Below, piece after piece: positions 11,049-20,912 of a stretch of DNA of 64,000 nt. Made by a program: the position numbers and the translations under genes. This stretch comes from Clostridia bacterium. Lineage in GTDB: Bacteria > Bacillota > Clostridia > CAKSNL01 > HGM11501. The notes under the pieces were generated by a model, which was given only the letters and a program-made list of their open reading frames with translations, was not told where the DNA came from and made no database searches. Location: the NCBI GenBank assembly GCA_045545475.1, contig JAZQAZ010000023.1:72387-136386 (forward strand), given 5' to 3'. Numbering within the stretch: the first letter of the stretch is position 1; each line of letters opens with the position of its first letter.

Positions 11049-11824
11049 AAGCATTAAAAAGATTATATGTCGCAGTCATTTATATTCTTTTATATGCACC
11101 GATTGCAATACTTATTCTTTACTCGTTTAATGAAAACTCCAACAGAAGCAAATTTACCGGCTTTTCATTAAGATGGTATAAGGAGCTTTTTTCCGACAGC
11201 GAAATTTTATCGGCACTTATTTATACCCTTCTCTGTGCCGTGCTGGCATCTCTCATTGCCACTGTTATCGGAACTATAACAGCAGTAGGAATAAATAAAA
11301 TGAGACGTGGTCCGAAAAACACGCTGATGAATCTGGCACATATCCCGATGCTCAATCCCGAAATTGTAACAGGCGTATCATTGATGCTCCTTTTTGTGTT
11401 CATCAATCTGGAGCGTGGATTTTCCACCATGCTCCTTGCCCACATAACCTTTAACATTCCATATGTTATAATTTCAGTTTTGCCAAAGCTTCGCCAGATG
11501 AATCCTCATCTTTATGAAGCGGCTCTGGATTTGGGGGCTCATCCCCTATATGCATTCATGAATGTGGTTATGCCCGAGATTAAAAGCGGCATTATAACAG
11601 GATTTTTGTTTTCAATGACCATGAGTATAGATGACTTCGTAATAAGCTTCTTTACCACAGGTAACGGTGTACAAAATCTCTCAATTTATATATACAACGC
11701 TGCAAAGCGTGGTATAAGCCCCAAGGTTAATGCACTATCGGCACTTATGTTTGCCGTTATGCTGGTTCTTTTGTTAATCGTAAACAGCCGTGATGATTCA
11801 AAGAAAGAACCCATAAAAAAATAA
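11045..11824 (+). CDS. potC: Polyamine ABC transporter permease
   Basis: LYAPI..YSFN, GFSLRWY, EAALDLGA, SIDDFVISFF. Confidence 0.9.
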   Translation: MKALKRLYVAVIYILLYAPIAILILYSFNENSNRSKFTGFSLRWYKELFSDSEILSALIYTLLCAVLASLIATVIGTITAVGINKMRRGPKNTLMNLAHIPMLNPEIVTGVSLMLLFVFINLERGFSTMLLAHITFNIPYVIISVLPKLRQMNPHLYEAALDLGAHPLYAFMNVVMPEIKSGIITGFLFSMTMSIDDFVISFFTTGNGVQNLSIYIYNAAKRGISPKVNALSALMFAVMLVLLLIVNSRDDSKKEPIKK

Positions 11825-11841
11825 AGAAAGGACTGACTATT

Positions 11842-12393
11842 ATGTCAAAAAAGAAAAACGCTCACATCGAAAGAAACACTCAGAAAAAGATGGAGAGACA
11901 GGCTCTTCATCAGAAACTTGAAAACTTCATTGTAAAACACACAGGTATCGCTTTAATACTTGCTGTTCTTTTCACAGTTTTCGGCAACTATAAAGATGTA
12001 TTCACCAACGGAATGCCCATTTTATTCAACATTTTAATCTGGGCAGGCGTTGCAGCTGTTTTGGTTTTCGCAATACTCGGTACAGTTAAGAAAAATCCCT
12101 CACTCTATAAATGGTGTGCAGTAGGTGCGGCAAATTCAGTACTTTGGTACATTTTCATGAACCTCGGCGCTAACTTCGGAGCATACACCTCCGGTGTTGC
12201 TCACTGCTATTATGCAATTGCACTTTATTTCCTTTTCTGCCTTGCTTTCTATTTTCTTGCATACTACGGTGCATGGAACAAAAAAGCTGTAAGAATAACA
12301 TTTTACGTTCTTGCCGCAGTTTTTGCTCTCCTTTGGCTTACAAGTGCTTCCGTATTTTTATACAAGCAGGTAGCTCCCTATATTTTTAACTGA
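11842..12393 (+). CDS. Hypothetical membrane protein
   Basis: About 5 hydrophobic segments; RBS AAAGGA. Confidence 0.65.
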   Translation: MSKKKNAHIERNTQKKMERQALHQKLENFIVKHTGIALILAVLFTVFGNYKDVFTNGMPILFNILIWAGVAAVLVFAILGTVKKNPSLYKWCAVGAANSVLWYIFMNLGANFGAYTSGVAHCYYAIALYFLFCLAFYFLAYYGAWNKKAVRITFYVLAAVFALLWLTSASVFLYKQVAPYIFN

Positions 12394-12408
12394 AAAGAGG
12401 TTTAATTT

Positions 12409-13827
12409 ATGGAAGAAAATAAGAATTTAAATCCCGAAAACGGAGAGGAAAATGTTTCTCCCGTTTCCGAAACAGAAGAAATCACCGAAGAAGCCTCTGC
12501 AGAAGTGATTGAAGAAACAGAAGAAGAAATCGTTGAGGAAATTTCAGAGGAAGAAGCTTCCAAAGAAGAAGCAGCAGAAGAAGAAGAACCCAAAAAGAAA
12601 AAGAGCGGTTTAATTGCCGCTATAATAGCATTGGTAGTTGCTGTTATAGCTATAATAGCCATTGTTTCAACATTCTTTTCTGGACACAACGGAACAGAAG
12701 GAACAGGCAACCTTTACGCTCATGGTTTTGCAACAATAAAAGGCGGAGAAGTTTTCCATGTTAACTTTGCCGACTATAAAATGTACAGAACTAATTTAAG
12801 AACAAAAGAAAGCACTCTCGTTTCCGAGACAGATAATGTTGTATATATTACAAATTATAAAAACAACGTATATTATTTAAGCTATACTTTCACTGAAGAT
12901 TCTCCCGAAACAGCTTACAGCTACAAAAAATACGTTGACGGAGAAAACGATATAGTTCTGTTCTCAGATGTCATCAGTTCTCCTCAGATTTCTGACGGCT
13001 ATATCTATTATCTCAAGTCTTATGAGGACCTTTATTCAGGAAACTCCAGCCGTATATACAGAGCTAAGCTTCAGGAGGGTGCTACTCCCGAGCTTTGCTG
13101 CGATGTATTATGTGCATCCTTCCTTGTAGACGGTAAGGACCTTTATTACTGCGAAGGTCTTAATACATCTCTCATGAAAACCACTGTTTCCGCTGCAATG
13201 AAGGCTATCGCAGAAAATCCCCTCCCCGACGGAGAAACCCGTTCTTCAGCAGAGCTTGGTGCTGAAACAGTTATGTCTTCTGCAATCGTTGCTTGTCCCA
13301 CTATCGTTGGTGACACACTTTACTATCTTGATTCCCTTAATCAGTATGAGCTTCGCCAGTTCAATCTTAAAACAGGTGAAGACAGTGCCTTTAATACAGG
13401 AATCTACGCAACAGCATTCAACATCTATGGCCACAGAATTTACTATCACAATCAGGCAGATTACTGCGTATACAGCATGAATTTTGACGGAAGCGACGTG
13501 GCAAAAATGACTGCTCCCAACTACGGACTTACAGCAATTTCTCACGACAAGTTCATGTCCATGGAATTTGCAGAAGACGGCACTCAGTATATTGCTGTAT
13601 GTGACCTCGAAGGCAACAAAATTTTCGACATAACCTTCAAAGAACAGTATCACGAACTTTACTCTTTATACGAAGATGAATTCGGAACCGAAGAAGAAGC
13701 AACAGAGGATACAGAAACGACAGGGGAAGAATCTTCTGTAGAAACAACTGAAGAATCTTCTGAAGAAACCGCAGAGACCGAAGAATCAGAAGAATCCATA
13801 GAAACAATCGTTGACATGGAAGAATAA
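12409..13827 (+). CDS. Membrane-anchored beta-propeller protein (DUF5050-like) with acidic termini
   Basis: Glu-rich ends, one TM helix, repeated IYY/LYY propeller blades. Confidence 0.65.
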   Translation: MEENKNLNPENGEENVSPVSETEEITEEASAEVIEETEEEIVEEISEEEASKEEAAEEEEPKKKKSGLIAAIIALVVAVIAIIAIVSTFFSGHNGTEGTGNLYAHGFATIKGGEVFHVNFADYKMYRTNLRTKESTLVSETDNVVYITNYKNNVYYLSYTFTEDSPETAYSYKKYVDGENDIVLFSDVISSPQISDGYIYYLKSYEDLYSGNSSRIYRAKLQEGATPELCCDVLCASFLVDGKDLYYCEGLNTSLMKTTVSAAMKAIAENPLPDGETRSSAELGAETVMSSAIVACPTIVGDTLYYLDSLNQYELRQFNLKTGEDSAFNTGIYATAFNIYGHRIYYHNQADYCVYSMNFDGSDVAKMTAPNYGLTAISHDKFMSMEFAEDGTQYIAVCDLEGNKIFDITFKEQYHELYSLYEDEFGTEEEATEDTETTGEESSVETTEESSEETAETEESEESIETIVDMEE

Positions 13828-13943
13828 TACAGTAAAAAAATAAACCGCCGTTTCGGCGGGTACTCTTAAAACAGTTAATCGGTACACTACATTAACCTAC
13901 TGTACCGATTCTTGATTAAAATATAAGAGGAGGATAAAAGAAA

Positions 13944-14459
13944 ATGTGGCTATTTGTTATTGGAATTGCATTTGTTGTATTTTGTATTATATTCACTCAG
14001 TGCGATGATGCTATAAAAGAACAGAATAGCAGAGCTTTTGCGAATGCGAAATACAGGGAAAAGTATGGCTGTTCTCTGGAAGAAATGCGCGAAAAAGTAA
14101 AAAACTCCTCCAATATAAAAACAATCGCAGATAAAATTAAAGAAATTCATCCATGTGCGTTTTGTGTTAACTGGGCAGGAGTTTACGCACTCTATGGTGA
14201 TTTGAGCAACCTTTCCGGCCGCCACTGGACACGCAATTCCAGCCCCTTGTTCCTTTTTTCCCACCTTGGTATCTCAGAAATTCCAGACTTCTGCCTTGAT
14301 GAGTTTATGGTTGCGTTGGAAAAAGCGTTGGAGCTGCCCGACTTAGGAAAGAAATCGTTTATTCCGTACGAACTTACATATTATGATGACGGGCGTTGTT
14401 TCTTGCGGAAAGACCTCCTTGAAGCACCAAAACCAAAACTCAAAGGCCAAGATTGGTAA
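13944..14459 (+). CDS. Hypothetical protein with N-terminal TM
   Basis: RBS GAGGAGG; standalone ORF. Confidence 0.55.
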   Translation: MWLFVIGIAFVVFCIIFTQCDDAIKEQNSRAFANAKYREKYGCSLEEMREKVKNSSNIKTIADKIKEIHPCAFCVNWAGVYALYGDLSNLSGRHWTRNSSPLFLFSHLGISEIPDFCLDEFMVALEKALELPDLGKKSFIPYELTYYDDGRCFLRKDLLEAPKPKLKGQDW

Positions 14460-14536
14460 TTGCAAGATTGAAATTACTCCATCAAGAGTGCACTTCTATA
14501 CATTGCATTCTGCCATGTAGTGCGAATAATGATAAA

Positions 14537-14564
14537 AGCCAAGTTGCATCGTGCAGCTTGGCTT
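14537..14564. terminator. Hairpin/terminator
   Basis: AAGCCAAGTTGCA..TGCAGCTTGGCTT between convergent genes. Confidence 0.55.
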
Positions 14565-14604
14565 AACTGTTTTATGAACTCCGCCAAACGAACGGTTTAT
14601 TTTT

Positions 14605-15993
14605 TTAAAGATTTCTAAAATTACAAAGCCTGTGGAACGTCGAATAATTTGCATTGTGATAATCGTTTGCACCGTTTATGGATGTTCTTGAAAGATAGAT
14701 AAGGTCATCTCCATCAAAAGCAAAGTCCACATACTGGAACCCCACTTTAGAAGGATCGTCGTGACGGTAATCAATTAGGTCGGCAACAATGGTCCAGTTA
14801 TCAAGATCGCTTGATTGTAAAAGTGCCAGATAGTTTCTTGCCCTAAGCTCATTTTCGTCGTATATGATGCTGGCAAGAGTATAATAATTTCCACTTACTT
14901 CATCACGCTTTATAATGAACTTTGAACGGTTTCCGGGGAATTTAATTACTCTGTCAAATGAAACAGGTGCATCCGGATCATCTTCATTTACTTTATAACG
15001 CATAATGAGACCGTATTTAGGCTCTGACGTTTCCATAAGCTCATAGCGCATAATTTCAGCAAGCTTGCCATCCGGAGTTTCTACTATGCATCCCTCTAAA
15101 ACTCCGCCGTTTACACCCTTTGCCACACCTTCCCATTCTTCACTGATGGGACATGGCTCGGATATTGACCAGTTTTCAGAAACAAGTAAGTCATCATCCA
15201 CCTTACAGCTTATAATCATCGGAGAGTGACGGTATGGAAGGAATGACCAGGCACCCCAGTCACAGGTAAGATATATTCTTCCGTTATGAATAACTGTTGT
15301 CATAGGCGCCTTCTGAGTTCCCGCACCCGTCGGATCGGATGAGCCTCGGAGCAGCACTGTGGGAGTTTGCCATGTTTTTCCTCCGTCTGAAGATTTTCCG
15401 ATGAGCAAATCACCGTATTCGGTGGAAGAGGCCATCATATAAACATCTCCGTTATGATAGAAAAGTTCTCCCCAATAGCAAGGCATAAGCTCTGAATAGT
15501 GATACCAGGTTTTCCCCTTGTCGTCGGAACGGAAAATGAGCGTCAAGTTCTGAGGCTGACCGGGAGCAAACAAATCCATCGATGCAAGATAGTAGCCTTC
15601 AGGATGAACAAGAAGCGAGGGCGAACATAAATAGCGTCCCGAAAAGCTATACGCTCTGTCCTCCGGATGAAGGTAATTAACTACTGTTCCTACGCTTTTC
15701 CCGCATCTTGCAAGGCGGATACGGCTCTTATTTTCTCCCGAAGTTACATAAAATTCATAGTCGGTTTCCGTTTTAAGTTTTTCAATATCAAAGTTCGTTT
15801 CGTCGGTCTCTCCCGCCTTTACAAACTCTTCTGTTCCTGATTCACGGTAATAGACAGAGTATGGAGCTTCTACTTCAAACCACTCAAAATGAATAGAGTT
15901 TTCATAGGGTACTACCCTTGAAACATAGGGGCATCCCGTTTCAAACAAAAAGGGTTTATAGGGAGAATAGCTCCAGGTATTTATTCCTTTCAT
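14605..15993 (-). CDS. Sialidase-like (BNR/Asp-box) protein with FN3-like N-terminus
   Basis: Asp-boxes RSDDKGKTW, SSDGGKTW, SSDLDNW. Confidence 0.75.
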   Translation of the reverse strand: MKGINTWSYSPYKPFLFETGCPYVSRVVPYENSIHFEWFEVEAPYSVYYRESGTEEFVKAGETDETNFDIEKLKTETDYEFYVTSGENKSRIRLARCGKSVGTVVNYLHPEDRAYSFSGRYLCSPSLLVHPEGYYLASMDLFAPGQPQNLTLIFRSDDKGKTWYHYSELMPCYWGELFYHNGDVYMMASSTEYGDLLIGKSSDGGKTWQTPTVLLRGSSDPTGAGTQKAPMTTVIHNGRIYLTCDWGAWSFLPYRHSPMIISCKVDDDLLVSENWSISEPCPISEEWEGVAKGVNGGVLEGCIVETPDGKLAEIMRYELMETSEPKYGLIMRYKVNEDDPDAPVSFDRVIKFPGNRSKFIIKRDEVSGNYYTLASIIYDENELRARNYLALLQSSDLDNWTIVADLIDYRHDDPSKVGFQYVDFAFDGDDLIYLSRTSINGANDYHNANYSTFHRLCNFRNL

Positions 15994-16004
15994 AAATTGT
16001 CTCC

Positions 16005-16940
16005 TTAAAGTTTATCTATATATGTCTTGCAAAGTGCCCTCATCTGAGAAACGCAGTCCTTTACATAGTCCGTCATTTCACAATCCTTGCGATTTCTTGC
16101 CGTAAGGACTGTTTCAAGACCCTCAAGGCACATATGATACTTTGCGGTAAGAGGGTATGGTAATCCGTTTTCAGTAAAACCGCAGGTGCCGATTAAATTT
16201 TGGATTTCCTCTGCCTTCTCGGGGACTTTTCTATAGTTTTCGCAAAGCCAGGCATAAAGCTCGGGATGGAAGTTTGCCATTATTCCGCAATATCCTGCCC
16301 CTCCATCTTTAAGACTTTGAAGCAATGTCTGACAGTTTGCATTAAGTAAATTAAAGTGTGTACCCTTTATAATATCGAGACGTTCTTTTATCATTTTCGC
16401 ATCACAGCAGGTATCCTTCATATAATAAAATCTGTCAGTTTCTATACACCACTTAAGAATTTTTGGGGTAACAAGTCTTTTGTAAGGATGAGGACATTCG
16501 TAAAGTCCTAGGTTTACATCTTCGGGAAGCATGGATAAAAGCCTTTCGGCATTTTTAATCCATACATCATCCCCCTCATTATTTAAATCCAGACGGTTAG
16601 TTATTAAAATAAGAGCATCTGTACCGGTTTCGATAACTTTATTAAGCTCATATGCCTGATCCTCAATAGAATCTGCCACATGCCCTGAGGAAACTATTGT
16701 AAAGGCTTTTCCGCTCTTTTTCTTAAGTTCCTGCGCTTTTGCATAAACTCTTCTGTTAAGCTCTGCTCTTTCTTCAACAGTAAGATAAAAAATTTCACTG
16801 GACTGACAAATTGCAAAAATTCCCGCACAGCCCTTTTCAAAATACCATTCCACATACCTTTCCGCCATATCATAGTCAACGCTGCCATCCGCTTTATACG
16901 GTGTTATCATTGTAGGATATGCTCCAAATCTGTATTCCAT
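16005..16940 (-). CDS. Dihydrodipicolinate synthase/N-acetylneuraminate lyase family aldolase
   Basis: MITPY..DGSVDY, CQSSE, GLYECP, KDT Schiff-base Lys. Confidence 0.85.
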   Translation of the reverse strand: MEYRFGAYPTMITPYKADGSVDYDMAERYVEWYFEKGCAGIFAICQSSEIFYLTVEERAELNRRVYAKAQELKKKSGKAFTIVSSGHVADSIEDQAYELNKVIETGTDALILITNRLDLNNEGDDVWIKNAERLLSMLPEDVNLGLYECPHPYKRLVTPKILKWCIETDRFYYMKDTCCDAKMIKERLDIIKGTHFNLLNANCQTLLQSLKDGGAGYCGIMANFHPELYAWLCENYRKVPEKAEEIQNLIGTCGFTENGLPYPLTAKYHMCLEGLETVLTARNRKDCEMTDYVKDCVSQMRALCKTYIDKL

Positions 16941-17038
16941 ATAATCACTCCTTTATCTTATATCATCATAATACTACCAATTTTGATTTTTTCAATATAA
17001 AACAGGGACATTTTTTTATGAAACCGAGACATTAATTA

Positions 17039-17067
17039 TTGACTTAGGATGAAATCTATTGTAAAAT
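17039..17067 (+). promoter_or_regulatory. Sigma-A promoter
   Basis: TTGACT-17 bp-TAAAAT. Confidence 0.55.
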
Positions 17068-17098
17068 ATTTTCAATGCTTTCCAAAGGAGAAGTTTTT

Positions 17099-17980
17099 AT
17101 GCCTTTAAAAAACAGCACAAAGACTACCAGGCAACGGCTGAACAAGCTTTTTATCCCGGATATAACAGAGCCATATCATATAAAAGTACATTGGATACGT
17201 GCCGTTTTTCCGCCGGATGGTCTGGTCACTATAAGTAATGAACTGCATATCCATACCTTTTTTGAGCTTCATTTAATTACAGATGGAGAATTTCACTACC
17301 GCTCTGAAAATAACCGGTTGTATACCATCAGCAGAGGAAGTGGCTTGTTAATTCCTGCCGAAAAAAGTCATATGCTGGAGAAATACAGCGAAACAGCATG
17401 TAAAATTTCAGTGGCGTTCTCCCCTGATAAAGGTTCTTTTTTATATAAAAAGCTTAAGGAAAGCGGTATTTTTTCCTTTGCCGTTTCAGATTCTATGCTT
17501 TCTATACTTTCTTTCATAATTAATGAAGGCGAGATAAACAGCATTTCCTCACCATATCTTATAAGGAACAGGATATTTGAACTGATTTGTCTCATCCAAC
17601 GCACTATGGGCATGGAAGAGGAAAACGGAAAACCGCATAATGAGACGGAGGACCGTCGCATCACTGCCGCAAAGCTTTTCATAAAAAGCAATAGTCAAAG
17701 ACTGCTTACCTGCAACGAAGTCGCATCCTTCTGCGGCCTTAGCACCAAGCAGACAGAAAGACTTTTTTTCGCATCCACCGGACGCCATTTATCAGAATAT
17801 ATTAAAAGCATGCGTCTTTCAGAGGCTGAACGGTTGCTCTCGGAAACAAGAATGCCTATAAAAGAAGTCAGCGAAGCACTGGGCTTTTCCAATGTGTATA
17901 ATTTCACTAATTTTTTCACTAAAAGGGCCGGAATCACACCCGGAGCCTACAGGAAATCTGATATGAGGAAGGAAAATTGA
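17099..17980 (+). CDS. AraC family transcriptional regulator
   Basis: Cupin LHIHTFFELH; C-terminal HTH EVSEALGFSNVYNFTNFF..G.TP..YR; start at 17099 chosen by AAGGAG RBS. Confidence 0.9.
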   Translation: MPLKNSTKTTRQRLNKLFIPDITEPYHIKVHWIRAVFPPDGLVTISNELHIHTFFELHLITDGEFHYRSENNRLYTISRGSGLLIPAEKSHMLEKYSETACKISVAFSPDKGSFLYKKLKESGIFSFAVSDSMLSILSFIINEGEINSISSPYLIRNRIFELICLIQRTMGMEEENGKPHNETEDRRITAAKLFIKSNSQRLLTCNEVASFCGLSTKQTERLFFASTGRHLSEYIKSMRLSEAERLLSETRMPIKEVSEALGFSNVYNFTNFFTKRAGITPGAYRKSDMRKEN

Positions 17981-18870
17981 TTATGTCAACATACCATATA
18001 CTCTACAATCCAATGGCCGCCAGTGGCGAAGGAATGAAAAAAGCTGAATCCTTAAGACAAACATTAAGCGGAAATCTTGCTTTTCACGATATAACAACCC
18101 TTGACGTAAATGATTTTATTTCTTCAACTATGCCTGACGATAAAATTGTTGTTTCCGGCGGAGACGGAACAATAAGCCGATTTGTCAACGATATTTACGG
18201 AAATCCCCCTGAAAGAGAGTTGTTTTACCACGCTTCCGGCAGTGGCAACGATTTTGCCAAGGATATAAATCTTTCAAAAGCTTCCTTGACATCTCTTACC
18301 CCGTATCTTAAAAACCTTCCCACCGTATTTGTAAAGGGTAAAAAGCACAAATTCTTAAACGGAATAGGCTACGGCATTGACGGCTATTGCTGTGAAGTCG
18401 GCGAAAAACTCCGAGAGAAAGGGAAAAAAATAAACTATACCACAATTGCGATAAAAGGCCTTCTGTTCTTCTTTAAGCGTACAAATGCAACCATTACGGT
18501 GGACGGTGTAACAAAAAGCTATAAAAACGTATGGATGATACCCACAATGTTCGGCCGTTATTATGGCGGAGGTATGATGGCCTGCCCCCTGCAGTCCAGA
18601 GAAAATGAGTATGGTTCCTTATCCGTTATGGCCGTTCATTCAAAAAGCAAACTCAAATTGCTATATATCTTCCCTAAAATTTTCACAGGCAAACATATAA
18701 AATTCAAAAGCGTTATAGATACCCTGACTGGCCATGAAATAACCGTTTCTTTTGACAAACCCACCGCTCTTCAGATTGACGGTGAAGCCGTAACAGAGGT
18801 GCTTTCATATACGGTTAAATCAGCAAAAGTACTTAATGCAGAAAAATCGGAAGTGAAGGAGACGGTTTAA
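17977..18870 (+). CDS. Diacylglycerol/lipid kinase family protein
   Basis: YNPMA, GGDGT, GSGNDF, YYGGG, QIDGE. Confidence 0.88.
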   Translation: MIMSTYHILYNPMAASGEGMKKAESLRQTLSGNLAFHDITTLDVNDFISSTMPDDKIVVSGGDGTISRFVNDIYGNPPERELFYHASGSGNDFAKDINLSKASLTSLTPYLKNLPTVFVKGKKHKFLNGIGYGIDGYCCEVGEKLREKGKKINYTTIAIKGLLFFFKRTNATITVDGVTKSYKNVWMIPTMFGRYYGGGMMACPLQSRENEYGSLSVMAVHSKSKLKLLYIFPKIFTGKHIKFKSVIDTLTGHEITVSFDKPTALQIDGEAVTEVLSYTVKSAKVLNAEKSEVKETV

Positions 18871-19856
18871 TGTTTGGAAGAATCAATGCAAAGGAATACG
18901 GTTTTGCAGGAGACGGTATTACCAGAAACGACGCCGTAATGAAAAAGTATATTGAAAAAGACTATACCACTCCCATCTTTTTCCCGACAGGAATTTATGT
19001 ATTCTCAGAAGGCTTCAATTTCCCCGACCAGTGCTATATTGAGCTTGAGGCCAATGCCGAGCTTAAGCTGGACAGCGACGAAATTCAGGAATATTTCATA
19101 ACACTCCGCCGTGGCAGAACAGGCGGAGGCTATACCTTTAACTCCTTTATCAGAGGTGGCTTTATAAATGCCAATAACAAAGCAAAAAACGGCATCGGAG
19201 TTTATAAAACAAGACACTGCGTTTTCGAGAATTTTATCTTAAAGAATGTTCTTGAAAAGGGAATTGTCACAAGAACGGAGAAAATTCCGGACGGACACGC
19301 ATTTTTCAGAAACATCCTGGTTGAAAACGATTTCGGATTAAAAGGAACCATCGGAGTTTTCGACAATTCCTTTGACACCCACTTCGAAGAGGTTGAAGTG
19401 GTAAACTTTGAAACCGGCTTTTACACCATATGCGGAAGATTCTGCCGTTGCTCTGCGTGGCTCCGCGACAATTCCATAATGGAAAATTCAACCTTTGCAT
19501 TTATTGACGGCTATGACATCATATTTGAATCTCCTGCCGTTGATACTTACCGCTACGGCTTTAAGATTGACCGTCCCGGCTACAGCGTGGGAATTTCCAA
19601 TATGCTCTGGATAACAAACGGCGGCGTTTACACAAAAGAGCTCAGGGATAAATTTGACGCCACAATTTTCAACGCCTCAAGCGACGAATGTATTTACAAC
19701 GTATGCGGACTTAAGATAAATTACGAGGAAAACTTAAGCTTTTCCAACATTCCCCTTCCCTCCTCGTCTTTCCTTAATCTCCGCTATCCCAAAACCTTTG
19801 ATCCGCACGGGGAATATAAGCACTTCAGAGATGATAACGAAAATTTGAAAAAGTAA
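18870..19856 (+). CDS. Pectate-lyase-like beta-helix protein
   Basis: N-terminal NAKEYGFAGDGITRND..IFFPTGIY motif. Confidence 0.6.
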   Translation: MFGRINAKEYGFAGDGITRNDAVMKKYIEKDYTTPIFFPTGIYVFSEGFNFPDQCYIELEANAELKLDSDEIQEYFITLRRGRTGGGYTFNSFIRGGFINANNKAKNGIGVYKTRHCVFENFILKNVLEKGIVTRTEKIPDGHAFFRNILVENDFGLKGTIGVFDNSFDTHFEEVEVVNFETGFYTICGRFCRCSAWLRDNSIMENSTFAFIDGYDIIFESPAVDTYRYGFKIDRPGYSVGISNMLWITNGGVYTKELRDKFDATIFNASSDECIYNVCGLKINYEENLSFSNIPLPSSSFLNLRYPKTFDPHGEYKHFRDDNENLKK

Positions 19857-19858
19857 TT

Positions 19859-19896
19859 AAAAGGACTATGTGAGCCTAAGCTCACATAGTCCTTTT
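19859..19896. terminator. Bidirectional terminator
   Basis: AAAAGGACTATGTGAGC-ctaa-GCTCACATAGTCCTTTT. Confidence 0.85.
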
Positions 19897-20541
19897 TCAC
19901 AGTATCTGTTTTAATTCTTCCGCTATTTTTTTATGTATTTCTCCGTTTTCGCCTTTTGCTCTGCTTTCCTCATAACGGATAAGCCTAAGTGCATATTCAG
20001 AAAAATATTCACCTTTTTTATTTATTATAACCGGACCTGCCACCATTTCCAGAGGCGTGTATTCTGCCTTTCCCGGCACGGCCTTTATTATAGCATAAAT
20101 TCTCCCCATATCGGAAACCAGGATTTCATCTTCTATCTTAAGTCCGAGACACATAAGCGTTTCCCGAAGCGTATCTGCCTTACTCATAGGCTGCAGAATA
20201 AAACACTTAATTTTTGATATATCGTCTTTTTCAAGAATATAGGAAATGACATCCCCGCCAAGTCCTGCTATTATAACGGTTTCCACCTTATCGTGGGCAA
20301 AGGAAAGTCCGTCGGAAAGCACGGGGATAACTTTATCCCCACATCCGAATCTTTCTATGTTTTCCTTCGCAGTAAGCAGCGGTGATTCATTTATATCGCA
20401 GGCGTAAATTTTTTCAGCCAGGCCTTCACGGGCAAGATAAATCGACAAAAGTCCATGATCTGCTCCGATATCCGCCGCCGTTTCCGACTTTGGAAACAGA
20501 GAGGCTATTGCTTTCATTCTTTCAGTAAAATGTATTTTCAT
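19897..20541 (-). CDS. trmK: tRNA (adenine22-N1)-methyltransferase
   Basis: ADIGADHGLL, CDINESPL, SDGL, IAGLGG, ILQPM; downstream of sigA; start moved to the ATG at 20541. Confidence 0.9.
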   Translation of the reverse strand: MKIHFTERMKAIASLFPKSETAADIGADHGLLSIYLAREGLAEKIYACDINESPLLTAKENIERFGCGDKVIPVLSDGLSFAHDKVETVIIAGLGGDVISYILEKDDISKIKCFILQPMSKADTLRETLMCLGLKIEDEILVSDMGRIYAIIKAVPGKAEYTPLEMVAGPVIINKKGEYFSEYALRLIRYEESRAKGENGEIHKKIAEELKQIL

Positions 20542-20556
20542 AAAATCACCTATATA

Positions 20557-20584
20557 AAACGGGCAACCAAGGAGTTGCCCGTTT
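20557..20584 (-). terminator. Hairpin downstream of sigA
   Basis: AAACGGGCAAC-caagga-GTTGCCCGTTT. Confidence 0.6.
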
Positions 20585-20586
20585 AT

Positions 20587-20912
20587 ATTTTTCTTTGGTT
20601 TGCAAATCGCTTGAACGCTTTTTGCAAACTCTCGCATAAAATTTCTTTGTTGAAATTTTACTCATCATGCGTTTCTTTTTTTCGCTCTGCTTTACGAAAA
20701 AATGCTGTTCGCATTTTTCTTTGGTTTGCAAATCGCTTGAACGCTTTTTGCAAACTCTCGCATAAAATTTCTTTGTTGAAAATTCACTCATCATGCGTTT
20801 CTTTTTTTCGCTCTGCTTTGCGAAAAAATGCTGTTCGCATTTTTCTTTGGTTTGCAAATCGCTTGAACGCTTTTTGCAAACTCTCGCATAAAATTTCTTT
20901 GTTGAAATTTTA
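20587..20912. repeat. 126-bp tandem repeat, about 2.6 copies, palindrome-rich
   Basis: Units start at 20587, 20713 and 20839, near-identical; contain TTTGCAAA..TTTGCAAA and TTTTTTCG..CGAAAAAA hairpins. Confidence 0.92.

Noticed and set aside
12409-13827. Glu-rich GAA runs as a tandem repeat locus
   Set aside because: Low-complexity coding sequence only.
20587-20912. CRISPR array
   Set aside because: Whole 126-bp units are near-identical, there are no unique spacers, and no cas genes are nearby.
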